Positions 51,833 through 64,000 of a stretch of DNA of 64,000 nt are shown here, piece by piece. The notes under the pieces were generated by a model. The model made no database searches, was not told where the DNA came from, and saw only the letters and a program-made list of their open reading frames with translations. How positions within the stretch are numbered: the first letter of the stretch is position 1; every line of letters starts with the position of its first letter. Both the position numbers and the translations under genes were made by a program. The stretch is from Squalus acanthias (Eukaryota), in the NCBI GenBank assembly GCA_030390025.1, contig CM059431.1, forward strand, positions 154,072,001 through 154,136,000. The letters are read 5' to 3'.

Positions 51833-51919
51833 TCCAGTGTCTGTATTTTACAATCATTTTTCTTCAGAACGGCAGAGAGCCGTTTCCCTCCCGAATCTCC
51901 CAGTTTATTCTCATTGAGT
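51833..51919 (-). CDS. NLR copy 3, LRR exon (87 nt), open
   Basis: ttttag|...|gtgag. Translates LNENKLGDSGGKRLSAVLKKNDCKIQTLE. Confidence 0.85.
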
Positions 51920-52812
51920 CTAAACAAAAACAAACAAAATCAATAATTAATTGGTAGCAATACAACAGATATCAAAATTCTTAATTAAACAATGCATTTA
52001 ACGTGGGACACTTTGTGCATCCAAAACGCGAATATAAGACCCGTAATTCAAATTTAATTCTATGTTTGCATTAAATTGTTCAGATATAGCGCATGCGGTC
52101 AAATCAGTGACGATGACAAAGTGTAATTGATTTACCGGAAGTTACTCTAATGCCCGAGATCATGATTTAACCATACATTATAAAATGATTACATTTAAAG
52201 TAGGCTGAGTGGTTTGCAGACTAAAAGCTGTAAACTCTTGGCCTGTAACGAAGAAGAATCCACGACATATGTCTCTCACAGGACGAGACTGTTCATTAAT
52301 AGGCGAATTTAGGGTAAAATTAGAATCTGTCCCTTTTATTTTGCCTCTACCTCAGCAAAGTTATCTATTTGATGCACTGAGGTTCACAGACGCCTTTAAA
52401 TCAACCCCAAGTCTATTAGAGAATCCACTGACGGGGATTGTAACAGATCGCTCGAAAGCGCATAAGAGCAGGTTGAAAGACATTCCCTCTCACTTTTCTT
52501 CACTCCGGACCTCTAATGATGCCTTGGCACAGCAGTGCGGCTGGAGAGAGTACTCAGAATTTGAGTACTCACAGAATCGAACCAACATCTGACTGCATCA
52601 CTTGGCATCATTGATCTCCAAAACAATATTATTGATTCGCCAAATCTGATCTGATCAAGGAATTGGGAATTTTAGAAAAGTACATTTAAAACTCGCTTAT
52701 AATTATTCAAACTTCAAAATATAACAATGCTATTTGTTTACAGTTCAAAATAAAACAGATATTTTGTTACTGACAATGTGGCAGTAGCACAAGTGACAGT
52801 AAGCAGAGGACA

Positions 52813-53935
52813 GTGAGGGCAAGGTATTGACTTGGATAGAATACTGGTTGGCAGACAGAAAGCAAAGAGTTGGAATAAACGGGATTTTTTTCCGAGTGGC
52901 AGGCAGTGACTTGTGGTGTATCGCAGGGATCGGTCCTTGCACCCCAGCTATTCACAATATATATTAATGACCAAGACAAGGGAACTAGATGCAATATCTC
53001 CAGGTTTGCAGACGACACAAAGCTGGGTGGGCGTGTGTGTTGTGATGACGATGCAGAGAAACTCCAGGATGATTTGGACAGGTTGGGTGATTGGGTAGAA
53101 GCATGGCAGATGCAATATAACGTGGATCAATGCGAGGTTCTCCAACTTTGATGTCAAAAACAGGAAGGCAGATTATTATCTGAATGGCAATAGTTTGGGA
53201 GAACGGGACGTGCAACGAGACCTGGGTGTCCTTGTGCACCAGTCGCTGAAGGTAAGCATGCAGGTGCAGCAGGCGGTTAAGAAGGTAAATGGTATGTTGG
53301 CCTTCGTAGCGAGAGTGTTTGAGTACAGGAAAAAAGGATGTCTTGCTGCAGTTGTACAGGGCATTGCTGAGACCACATCTTGAATATTGTGTGCAGTTTT
53401 GGTCGCCTTTTCTGAGGAAGGAGGTTCTTGCCATAGAAGGAGTTCAGCGAAGATTTACCAGGCTGATACCTCAAATGGCAGGAATGACCTATGAGGAGAG
53501 ATTGGGTCGATTGGGCTTATACTCGCTGGCGTTTCGAAGAATGAGAGGGGATCTCATTGAAACTTATACAATTCTGACAGGACTGGACAGACCAGATGCA
53601 GGAATGATGTTCCCGATGGTCGGGGACTCCAGAACCAGGGATCACAGTCTAAGGATTAGGGGTAAGCCATTTAGGACAGAAATTAGGAGGAATTTCTTCA
53701 CCCAGAGAGTGGTGAACCTGTGAAATTCTCTACCACAGAAGGCAGTGGAGGCCAATTCATTAAATATATTCAAGAAGGAGTTGGATATATTTCTTAAGGC
53801 TAAGGGGATCAAGGGATATGGGGAGAAAGCAGGGACAGGGCATTGAATTTGGATGATCAGCCATGATCGCATTGAATGGCGGAGCAGGCTAGAGGGGCCG
53901 ATTGGCCTACTCCTACTCCTATATTATTTGTTTCT
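52813..53935 (+). mobile_element. CR1 LINE 3' part in the copy 3 intron
   Basis: RT fragments at 52906-53723, very similar to 35430-36540. Absent from the paralogous intron at ~30510-30670. Confidence 0.9.
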
Positions 53936-54423
53936 ATAAATATGCATGGATATGGGGAAAGAGCAGGGGAGTTGCATTAATTGGATAGGACTTCCGAAAA
54001 GCCGGCACAGACACGATGGCCTGAACGACCTCCTTCACCAGTGCAAGATTCTTTGAATCTATAAAATGTTCTTTTTTGCCCAAAAGCGATCGAATATATC
54101 ATGATTAAAGTGTAGGGGAGTATATCTCACTGATTAATCCAGATTCCACCGTGGTGCGAAGTGGGCGCTGGATTCGGATGTAATATTGCGAACCTAAAAC
54201 CTGATCTAATTGAATGAGCACCAGAGCGCTTTCAGGTATTACCTGAACAGACACTCCGGTGTGTCTCTTACGGTTCAATTTAGCACAGCAGAGAGTGGAA
54301 TGAGAGAATGTGCTCATTAATTGAGCGAATTCAATATATGTTTTCGCTTTTACCTAATATTATCCCAGAAGCCCGTAAAAACGTAGTTGCTGATAATGCT
54401 ATTTAACGGTTTCCGTGAATTAC

Positions 54424-56143
54424 CTGAGTGTTTTACATTTGTGTAGCACGGACTCCAGCTGATGGATGCCTTTATCTTGTATCCCACAGGTACTGAGATT
54501 CAACTCTTCTACCTTTTCAACGGCCATTAGTGAGATTGACAGAATCGCACAGTCACAAGTTTTAAAAGGACACTTTGTGAATTTTATTGTCTTCATCGGT
54601 GGTAATGCGGTCTTCATCAGTTTTATGTCTCCAAATTCAAGAAAATAATGCAATATCTGTAAGAATGTATTTTGGCTTCGCCCATCTTCCAAGCTCTGAA
54701 CACGTTTTTTGAAATTTTCTGTGAGCCAATGCGACACACACCCGGTTGCTTCAGAAGGAAATTTCCCCAATGTTTTTTCAAGTTGATCAGTTGAATTGCG
54801 TGAGGAGAGACCGACAAGAAAATGTGCAAATATATTGAAGCTGTCATCACTAAACGTGTACCCTTCATTGAGCAATACTGTCAGTCCATTTCCTGATGTG
54901 TTTAAAATTTTCATCATTGCAGCGACAAAGTCCTGCAGAACTGATTGAGTGAATGTGTAGTCAACACGACATAGATCTTCGTCTCGAATCCCCATCATAA
55001 ATGCAGAGATAAGATTGGAATGTTCGACTCTGTGGCTATTTAATTGTTCATTTTTTATCACAACGGTTTTCTTGCAAATACCCTCGTAGGCCAAAGTGCC
55101 TAATTTCATCAACATGTCGCGAGAGGTTTCCGCGTCACAGCCGCATCTCTCTAAAAGGCTTCTGACGTACACGGAGAACACTTGTGTGCTTGTTGTGAAG
55201 GACAATGGTCTCTCCCCAGCTCCTTGTGTCCGGGGTCCCCTTAATAATGGAGCGAGGACCGAGCAGTACAGAGGGTTATAGCACATGGTGTACAATGTCT
55301 CATTCTGCTCAATGTACTCGATTACATGTGTCGCAAACTGTTCATCTCCAAAATAACGACCAAAGTATTGTTTTATTTTCTCAGAGGTGAAACCCAGGAT
55401 TTCGACCGTTGGGATAATTTTTGACTTTACCAGAGACTCCAGTTTCCACGGCCGGCTTGTGATCAGCACTGAACAGCCTTTGAGCAGCTCTCCCTGTATG
55501 AGGCAGCGCACGATGTCTGACACATCACAGCAGCACTCGGGAACGAAACACTGATTTTGGGTGTCGTTGTTTCTCTGATTATCGCTGAAATCGATGGTTT
55601 GCCGGAATTGATCTAAATCATCAAATATAAACAATACATTTTCGGGTTCTTCCCACAAAAGTTCCAACTCATTTTCGAAATCGGGGTAGGAATCCAGGAT
55701 TCGGCTATTTAAACATGTTGTTGTTTCAATTACATTTAAGTTTCGAAACTTAAAAGGAAATACAACTTTAAACTGTTGGTATATTTTCCCTGCGGCCCAG
55801 TCGCTGATTATCTTCTGTATCATGGTGCTTTTCCCAAACCCTGCAGCCCCAATTTCCGCAGTTGTCCCAGAATTGACTCTTTCAGCGACACTCAGCAACT
55901 TATCCAGCTGAATCCTTTCCAGTTCATTCTCGATGTTTTTCCTCTGTAATTCTTCACGCTCTCTACCTCGGGCCTTCAGTTCATTTCTTACCATTCCCCG
56001 CTCACGCAGGGAAGCAACAATCCTTAAATTAGTATATTTTTCATCCAGAAAATATCTTCGAGGTCTTTCTTTTTGTGCAGTAGTTTTGACTGTTATTTTC
56101 ACGTTCTGTTTGCGGAGGGTGTCTTTGTGCTGTTGTTCTATCT
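54424..56143 (-). CDS. NLR copy 3: large NACHT exon (1720 nt), fully open; NLRC3/NLRP-like NACHT-LRR protein
   Basis: Walker A GAAGFGKST, Walker B LFIFDDLDQ, sensor 1 VLITSRP, VEILGF, CYNPLYC, FTQSVLQDFVAA, first LRR ELNLSTCGI. Acceptor ttcaag and donor ag|gtaat. Confidence 0.92.
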
Positions 56144-57458
56144 CTTGAATATGAACAACGTCATTGGTGTAGTCATTGTAATTCAGGAGACAAATATTTA
56201 ATAGATCAGTGCTATGTAGGAGAAACTAATCGTCAAGAGATATAAAAAAATATCTAAAATGTCTGAGCAATGAGTGATCCCTTAATTATTTTACACTTAA
56301 TTGCCCAGTCACTCATAGAATTACAATAAATAGAATTTCTGAAGTGCCAGGAAAATGTAGCATGAAGCAAGCTTGATGATTGTGGGACGTTTGCTGTTGG
56401 ATTTTGAGCTTCTGGAAATGAAGCTTTCTAAACTTCGATATAAATTGCAAGGTAAATGTTGGTAAATTGCTGGTATTTTATATTCACAGGTCAATATGGA
56501 TTATGAACGACTCCTTGGTTCGTGGTGTAACAAACGTTGTTGGCGAACCACGTGTCCGGGCAGAAAAGGAGTTCCTTCATTATAATCTAACCCCGGGATT
56601 CCATTTGTTCTGATTCTGCTGCTCTATGCCTTAACCGTTTGCCACATTTTAGTGGCCAGCGGAGCCCGCAGGAGACTCCGGCGTCAGAGCAGTGGGGAGA
56701 ATCGCAGAGACCCAGAGATGGAGAGCCGAAGGAAATCCATCATTTTACTGTTTGTTATGTTGGGAAATTTCATATTGTTACGGTCAGTCTTTATGTTGTA
56801 TTACATTTGGTGGCGAATGTGTTTTTTTGCGTATCAGTCTGTATTACTACCTAGTTTTTTTACAAGAGGTTTGATATTCTCTTCTATATATATCTGCACA
56901 CACATAAATGTATTTACATGTATATATACATAAAATACAGACGTAATCATACATTAGTATTAAATTATGAATTTACCAAATTTTGAAGTGCAGTGGAGAT
57001 TTCTTATACCCACAAATATTAGTAATGTCCATGTGGAAACCGCCGCTGCAAATAGTCAAACGCATTATGAGACCACAGCAGGACACAAACGGTATCAATT
57101 TAAGCTGCTCGATATTCAGTTCTATTGGTCAATGGAAGGCAACATCGGACCGAGCGCATAACGGGCGGCAGATGTGAAAGCGCCCGTTTTGCTTTCCCAC
57201 CCAATTCAATTTTCACCCACATGGTGTTAAACTAATCAATGTCATAATAATCACAATGAGTCAGCTTGCCTGCATGCACTGCCACTTTGAGGCATGAAAA
57301 ATTTGCATTTCGATATATTTACTGAAATATGGCATGTAAGTTGTACGATGTCAATAACGTTATTTGAAACAAGTCGAAATAATCCGTAGTTACCACATTA
57401 TATTTTGAGACATTATTTGGTTATATTGTAATTTTACATTTGTCAAATATGAGTGTTA

Positions 57459-57673
57459 CGGGGTAAAATTGGCCATAGGCGGGGGTTGTAAAACCAGTGC
57501 TATTGCATCGATGGCCTGTTATAAGGTCCGCACAATATTCAGATCCATTGACTTTAATAGAACAGAGAATCTGCCGTGTGTTGCAGCGCTCGGCGAATGC
57601 GATTCCTCCTCTTTTGCGTCCCTGCCCCTGTCGAACTTCACCCTCACAAATTTTAAGTTAAAATCAAGTTCTC
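57459..57673. mobile_element. Possible short MITE remnant
   Basis: GGGGTAAAATTG start and a degenerate complementary end; weak. Confidence 0.25.
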
Positions 57674-58094
57674 GCCATAAATAATAAACGTTGTTATTCT
57701 GACGGTAAATTAGATTTGGATAACTTCTAGATTACTTTCTCCCTCTGTAATTCTGGTCAGTATCTCCGACAATGTCGCTTTCAGTTTTGGTTTTGCATTC
57801 TGCAGTTGAAAAAAAATGCTCCAGATTGCTCTTTGTCCCCAAGCTCCCTTTTCCAGCACGATATCTAAAATGAGTTGGGAGGCATCGTTTCTGCGGCTTC
57901 TGACTCTCTAAAAACAAAATATATTGCAATCATATATAGCGAAGTAATTTTCAAAATCAGATAAGAAACGTTTTTTTCTCTTTCTCCCGTTCCTTAGGAG
58001 AGGGATGAATGGAAACGTTCGGGTGTTAATGCAGAAAACAATTCAGTTCCACATTAGTGAGACAGCAGGCGTGAAATACTTGGATTAAGTAGAA

Positions 58095-58400
58095 ACAACA
58101 AGAACTCACGTAGCAGAACGTCCCAAGGCGTTACAGAGAAGTATTACCAAAATAAATTAACACCAAGCCTCAGAGTTAGATATTAAGACAGGTGACCAAA
58201 GCTTGTTCATAGAGGTAAATTTTAAGGAGAGTCTTAGAGAAGAGAGAGTTAGAGATTCAGAGAGCTATATGGAGGGAAATCCAGAGGTGAGGGTCTAAAC
58301 CGCTGAATGCACGGCAGTCAATGGTAGAGCAATGAAAATTGGCGATGCGCAAGAGGCCAGAATTGGACGTGCGACGGGATCTCGACAGCATTCCAGGAAA
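58095..58400 (-). mobile_element. L2-like LINE 3' end remnant
   Basis: - strand STIDCRAFS...PHLWISL, resembling the L2 C-terminal (GxRAFS..AP.LWNSLP) motif. Confidence 0.55.
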
Positions 58401-61025
58401 GGAGAACGTTACAGAGATAGAAAAGAACAGCGTTGAGTCACCCAGGGCGACTGGATTTCTGTCATTATAACCAGCAACTGATTGATGGAAAAGTGTATAG
58501 TGCCAAATAAAAGGAAAGCCAAAATTGTAGGTATAAGATACGATGGAAATCAATAACATTTGATTGTTAAGGACAATAATACTTTGGAAAGCTCACAGCT
58601 TGGTTTTTAGAAACTCAGATTGTACAAGTTGATAACCTTAAAGAATGGGTCACAAGGTGTTGGCCACTGTTGGCCAGTTGGGTCAAAAGGGCTGAAGCGA
58701 ATCGGCGGCCCGTTTTACTTTTGTCCGACTTTCTTTTCCGTTCACTTCAAGGAGTTTTTCATTCATTTCAAGTATTAACTTCATTCATCGAAACAGTAGC
58801 AATAGCTTTTCAGTTAATCCTTCGTCCTCTATATGAATCATTTCCTTTTCATCTCTAAAGAGCTCGGTTTTTTGTGTCAGTATTTTATTTGAAATGCATA
58901 TGGTATGTGATTATTGATTCGAACTCTGTCACCTGCCATTCTTTCATCAATTAAATGTTCACTATATTACCTCGGCTTCCTTCATTTGTTTTATATAACT
59001 AGCCCTGAACTCCAACATTCAATTTTAAAATCAACATTTTATTTCATTTTCTCTGCACATCCAAGTAATTCTAGTTGGTGCTGCAATCTTCCATTCCCGT
59101 GTGATTTTTGTTTCTTTTATGGCAAACTTTTCCTATTTGCTAGCTTCCTATTGGCTCCCCATGACATTGTCCGATCATATCCGCCTAAATATAACTGTGT
59201 TAATATGTTACCCTCGGTGAAATTAGATTTATTCCTTTAAAATATTTATTGTTTTGATTGTCACGAAACATTTTATAATTCATATGAATACTAACGATAT
59301 CATTGGTAGATGTTTCACTAACCATACCTCACCGACTAGCCACTGCCCATTTCTAGAAATAGATCAAATGCTCATTCCTTCATTGTTGTCCTAAAATGGT
59401 ACGCATCTGAATAGTGTCCTGGGCACGCTGCTCCCACCATTGCCTCTATTACCCACTTCGGTTACATCTATAATTCGGATATTGAAATTCACCGATCACT
59501 GTTTCTGTTATTCCTGCACTTTCTCCAATTTGTCTTTATAACTCTTCTTCTATCCCATTCCACTATTTGGTGTAAGATAATTAACGCCTTTCAGAAACAG
59601 AGTTCCGTTATTTTGTTTTTAATCCAACCTTATAGATTTCTATTTTGAATCATTCTTTATATCTGTCCTGAGTTCCAGTGCTGCAACTGAACCTGTTATT
59701 AATGACTGCTCCCTATTTGCTTACCCCTTAAATTACCATGTATTTTTGGTAACAGGGCACTTTATCTCCCAATCCTGACCTTATATAAGGCACGTCGATC
59801 ACATCATGTTATTATACACGCAGACAATCTGGACCTTGAACTAACGAGGAATATTCACAGTACTTTGTTAATTCACATTTGTGTTACATAACTGAGGAGA
59901 TATTGAACAAATTGAGGAGATTAACCTCATAGATCAGTCCAGGTTTTTTTTCAAAGAAATAGAACATTATGGCATTCGTGGGTAGAGTTGATGTGGCCTC
60001 GGGAGATGTCCCTGAGCATTGGGCCAAAGTAGGGGCGGGGCTTAAGAAGTAGAATGGAAGAAAAGATTTGGATATGTTCAGTAGAAATTGTTTAAATCCG
60101 CGCCAGCTGCAGTGGCTAGATCCAGTTGGATGGTTTACTGGACACGAACGACCGATTTGATAGAGAACGGGAGGAAAATCTAGGCCGTCATCGTAGGGAA
60201 ATTCCTACAGTTAACTTTGTATATGCCAGTTAATGTCAGTTCATTCATTCACATGGCATTTGAAGTATGTGGTTATTACAGTTTTGATCTAGCTCCAGGT
60301 TTTCCACTGGAATTGTAATGAGGACGCGTCATGCTTGTGCTGTACATTACATCTTTCCTAGGGATCTAGGCTAGTGGAATTACATTAACTGCAAGAAGTT
60401 TGGGAGTGAATTCACAGAGCTGGTTTTAATGGTGATCCCCAGGATACTCATGGTGGCAGAATACTAATAGCAATGCCATTGAATGTCAAAGGCAATTGGT
60501 TAGAATTTTTCTAGTTGCAGGTTGGCAGTACCTGGGTATTACACGGCATGAAAGTTAACTGCCACTTATCGGCCCAAATCTGGATGCTGTCCAGTTCTTG
60601 CTTCATGTGGGCATGGACTGCCTCATTTTGTGAGGAATTGCGAATGGAACTGAACACTGCAAACATCAGCGAGCATCCCCAATTCTGAATTTTTGAATGA
60701 AGATCATTGATGAAGCAGCTGACGATAATTGGGCTAGGTGGCTACCATTTAAAAATCACCGTTAGTCCATGAGATCCTTTATTCTTATTATGAATGCATT
60801 CTTTGAAATTTCCAAAAAAAAAATTGACAGAGCGATATCTCTGAAGAGCACTACAAATGTTGGACACACTGGCAGCGGACAACAATTTCAGGGTGGCTAC
60901 TGAAGTTAAACAAGTACAGCATAAAGTGTTGATTTTATCGTTAATTACACAGAACAATGTCTATCTAAGCAGTCAATCATATGACACATTTAACACTATA
61001 AGTTGCTAACATACATGAAGCATAC

Positions 61026-61195
61026 CTTATGATCTATTTCGGTAAACTCGTTTTCCTCTACGAGCGATTGGCTGACGTCCTCTATTACCTCTTCAATTGA
61101 TTGTTCTAGTCTCTGAGGGTAGAAAATGATAAATCTGCGCAGCTCGATATCCGTGTATCTCGCCAACGTTAGTAAGATTTTATTACCTGAATTTT
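61026..61195 (-). CDS. Probable N-terminal exon of NLR copy 3 (helical, death-fold-like domain)
   Basis: ttgacag|...aag|gtatg, 170 nt open: NSGNKILLTLARYTDIELRRFIIFYPQRLEQSIEEVIEDVSQSLVEENEFTEIDHK. Same strand as and upstream of the NACHT exon. A linking phase 0-1 exon was not identified. Confidence 0.6.
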
Positions 61196-61824
61196 CTGTC
61201 AAGGTGTAAATGAGAACAGATTAATATAAAATGGTCGCCATGAAACAGTCAATACACTGAACTAATTGCTATCGCAGTAGCAGTTGTTTAGAGTCGTTCA
61301 GGCAGTGATACGGCCATTGGAGCGTTACAGAGGTGGTATTCAGAATTAACCCTGCCGTTTCTGGCTGGAGCTAAGAGAAACAACCCAGGCCTTGCAACAT
61401 GTGGTCGCTGTTATAAATAACTAAGACGTAGAGAGGTGGCAGCGCATCGGAACTGATTTCAGTCAGTGGGGATGAATTCTATGTCTCAAGTCTGTAGCAG
61501 ATGAACCGATGCACTTGAGACCACAGCAAGGAAGAGGAGTGACAGAAGTGCAACTGAGGAGATGTGAAGACGATTTTAGAGATAAGTTGGGCGAGGGATT
61601 TGTAGATGAGGAGGAGTATTTCACAAATGATCAATGTGGGATAAGGAATCAAAGGTCAGTTAAAGAGGGTATCACGGATCCGTGGAACTAAGTGTATTTG
61701 AATTGGAGTAGTAGAGCTCTGTCCAAGCTGGAATTTGTAAAGGGCAGGACGAAAGGTCGTTTAAGGAATCGAGTCTGAACTCAGAGAAGCATGCATAAAG
61801 TAGTAGCATTCAGTAAATTCACAC

Positions 61825-62160
61825 CACTGGTGCACCGTGGATGCAGAGCGTACCATCTGCAAGATGCACAGCGGCAACTCATTAAAGCTTCATCGACATC
61901 ACCTCCCAAACCCGCGAACTCTACCGCCTAGTAGAACAAGCGCAGTAGGCGTATAGCAACACCATAACCTGGAAAGTATATCGCCATTCCTTCATCGTCG
62001 CTTGGCGAAAATCCTGGCACTCCCCCCCAATAGCACTGTGGGAGTACCGTAACCTCGTGGACTTCAGCTGTTCCATAAAGCGCGTAACCACCACATTCTC
62101 AAGGGCAATTAGTGATGGTCAATAAATCCTGGCCTTGCCAGCGACGCCCATATCCCTTAA
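61825..62160 (+). mobile_element. HER1-like LINE 3' end
   Basis: Same terminal sequence, TA-rich tail and downstream flank as 37240-37710. Confidence 0.75.
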
Positions 62161-62269
62161 ATGTATAATATATAAGTTATATATATATTTATATTTATAT
62201 TGAAGCGCATGTCCAGAAAATTAACCTATAATTGTTCCGGAACATTATCTGAGATTTCAGGTTTTATTT

Positions 62270-62525
62270 CACCGTGTATCAGGATCCTCCAGATGTATAT
62301 GGTGTTTCACAGTGTATAAGGATATGACAGGTGATTATGGGGTTTCAACTTACATCCGGATCTTGCAAGGTTTGTATGTGGTTTCACAATATATTGAAAT
62401 AGGCCAGGTGCGTGTGAGCTTTCAAAGCCTAGCAGTATCATGCCAGGAATGTATGGGGTTTCATTTTTGCCGGGATTCTATCAGCTATCTACGGGCTGAT
62501 CAGTGTATAAGAATCCTACCAGGTG
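62270..62525 (+). repeat. Degenerate copy of the 39-bp minisatellite
   Basis: TTTCACAGTGTAT / GGATCCT / CCAGG motifs at ~39-bp spacing. Confidence 0.75.
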
Positions 62526-64000
62526 TCATAGATTCGAATGGCAAAGAAGGAGGTTATTCGGTCCTTCGAGTCCGTGCCGGCTCTCTGTAGAGCAATCCAG
62601 TCTTTCCCATTCCTCCTCTCCATCATCATAGCTCTGAAAGTTTATTTCCCTAAATTCCCTATCCAGTCTCCTCTTGAAAACATTGAGTGTCTCCGCTTCC
62701 ACCACTCCCGTTGGCAGCGAGTTCCAGGTCATCACCACTCGCTGCGTAAAAAAGTTTTTACTCACGTCCCCACTGTATCTCTTGCGTAGAACATCAACTC
62801 TGTGTTCCCTAGTCCTTGTACCATCAACTAATGTGAACAGCCTTAACCCGTCTAGCCTATCCAAAACCGTCATAATCTTGTACACCTCTATCAAATCACG
62901 CCTCTACCACCTTTGCTCTAACGAAAACAAATCCTGCTTCTCCAACATGCCCCTGTAGCTAAGATCCCCCATCCGCTGAACCATTCTGGTAAATCTCCTC
63001 TGCATCCTCTCAAGGGCCTTCACATGTTCCTAAAGTGTGGTGACCTGAACTGGCGCGAACTACTCCAGTTCTGGCCTAACCAGCGCTTCATAAAAGTTCA
63101 GTACAACTTCTCTACTTTTGTACTCAATACCTCCATTTTTGAAGCTCACGTTTCCATATGTTTTGCTAACCATTCTCTCAAGATTTCCTGCCACCATCAG
63201 GGAAATTTGCACATTAACTCCCAGGACCCTCTGTCCCTGCACAATCTGCAAAACTGTGCCATTAAATGTATATTTCTTCTCCCTGTTCCTTCTGCCAAAA
63301 TGCATCGCCTCACACTTCTCTGTATTAAATTCCATCTGCCACTTGTCTGTCCATTCTGCTAGCCTCTCTATGTCCTGTTGCAGTCATTGTTTGCCACACA
63401 CTCACATTTGGTGTCATCGGCAAAAATAGAACTTCTACTCAGTATTCCAATATCCAGGTCATTTATACATATCATAAAACGCTGTGGCCCCAGCAGTGAC
63501 CCTCAGGGAGCAATACAGTCTACCAACCTCCAGTCTGAAAATCTTCCATTTACCACAACTCGCTGTTTTCTGTCCGTAAGCCAGCTCATTATCCAAGCTG
63601 CCACCCACCAAATCCATGAGCCTCATTTTGTTAACCAGTCTTATATGTGGTACTTTGTCAAAAGTCTTCCGAAAATCCTACTGGACAACATCCATTGCAT
63701 TCCCTTCATCAAATCTCTTAGTTAATTCTTCAAAAATTTCAATTACATTAGTCAAATGCGAAATGCCTTTTACAAATCCGTATTGCATCCCCTTAATTAG
63801 CTTAAACCTCTCCAAGTGCCCGTGAATTTTTTGCTTGATGATTGCTTAGAAAACTTTACCCACCACTGATGTTCAACTAACGGGCCTGTAGTTACTAGCA
63901 TTGTACTTACACCCTATCATTGAACAATGGTGTCAAATTTGCCACTTTCCAACCCTGAGGCCCTACCCCCCATCTAGGTCAGTGTGGGAAATTATGGCAA
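62526..64000 (-). mobile_element. CR1 LINE 3' part, running off the window end
   Basis: FFTQRVVMTWNSLP and MEFNTEKCEAMHFGR fragments. Confidence 0.88.

Overview
Eukaryotic, repeat-dense vertebrate DNA, most likely a cartilaginous fish (inferred from HE1-like SINE, HER1-like and CR1 LINEs, and the style of the NLR exons). The backbone is a locally duplicated cluster of three NACHT-LRR (NLR) genes. Copy 1 (+, 1404-6800) is a 5'-truncated pseudogene. Copy 2 (-, 31155-32810) is a frameshifted NACHT exon only. Copy 3 (-, 51134-61195) has a fully open 1720-nt NACHT exon but nonsense codons in its last two LRR exons. The space between them holds many nested CR1/L2/HER1-like LINEs, two minisatellite families (34 bp and 39 bp), and Penelope-like fragments carrying minimal hammerhead ribozyme motifs. 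There is also a 10-kb composite PIF/Harbinger structure with a Myb/SANT-like gene and a DDE transposase. A full-length Gypsy-type LTR retrotransposon (20351-24771) sits in the Myb/SANT gene's first intron. The most striking signal is in that LTR element. It has no tRNA primer-binding site; instead the 11 nt next to the 5' LTR are perfectly complementary to an 11-mer inside the LTR, suggesting self-priming. Its RT active site also reads YLDN rather than YxDD. All coordinates and alignments were read by eye; no searches were run.
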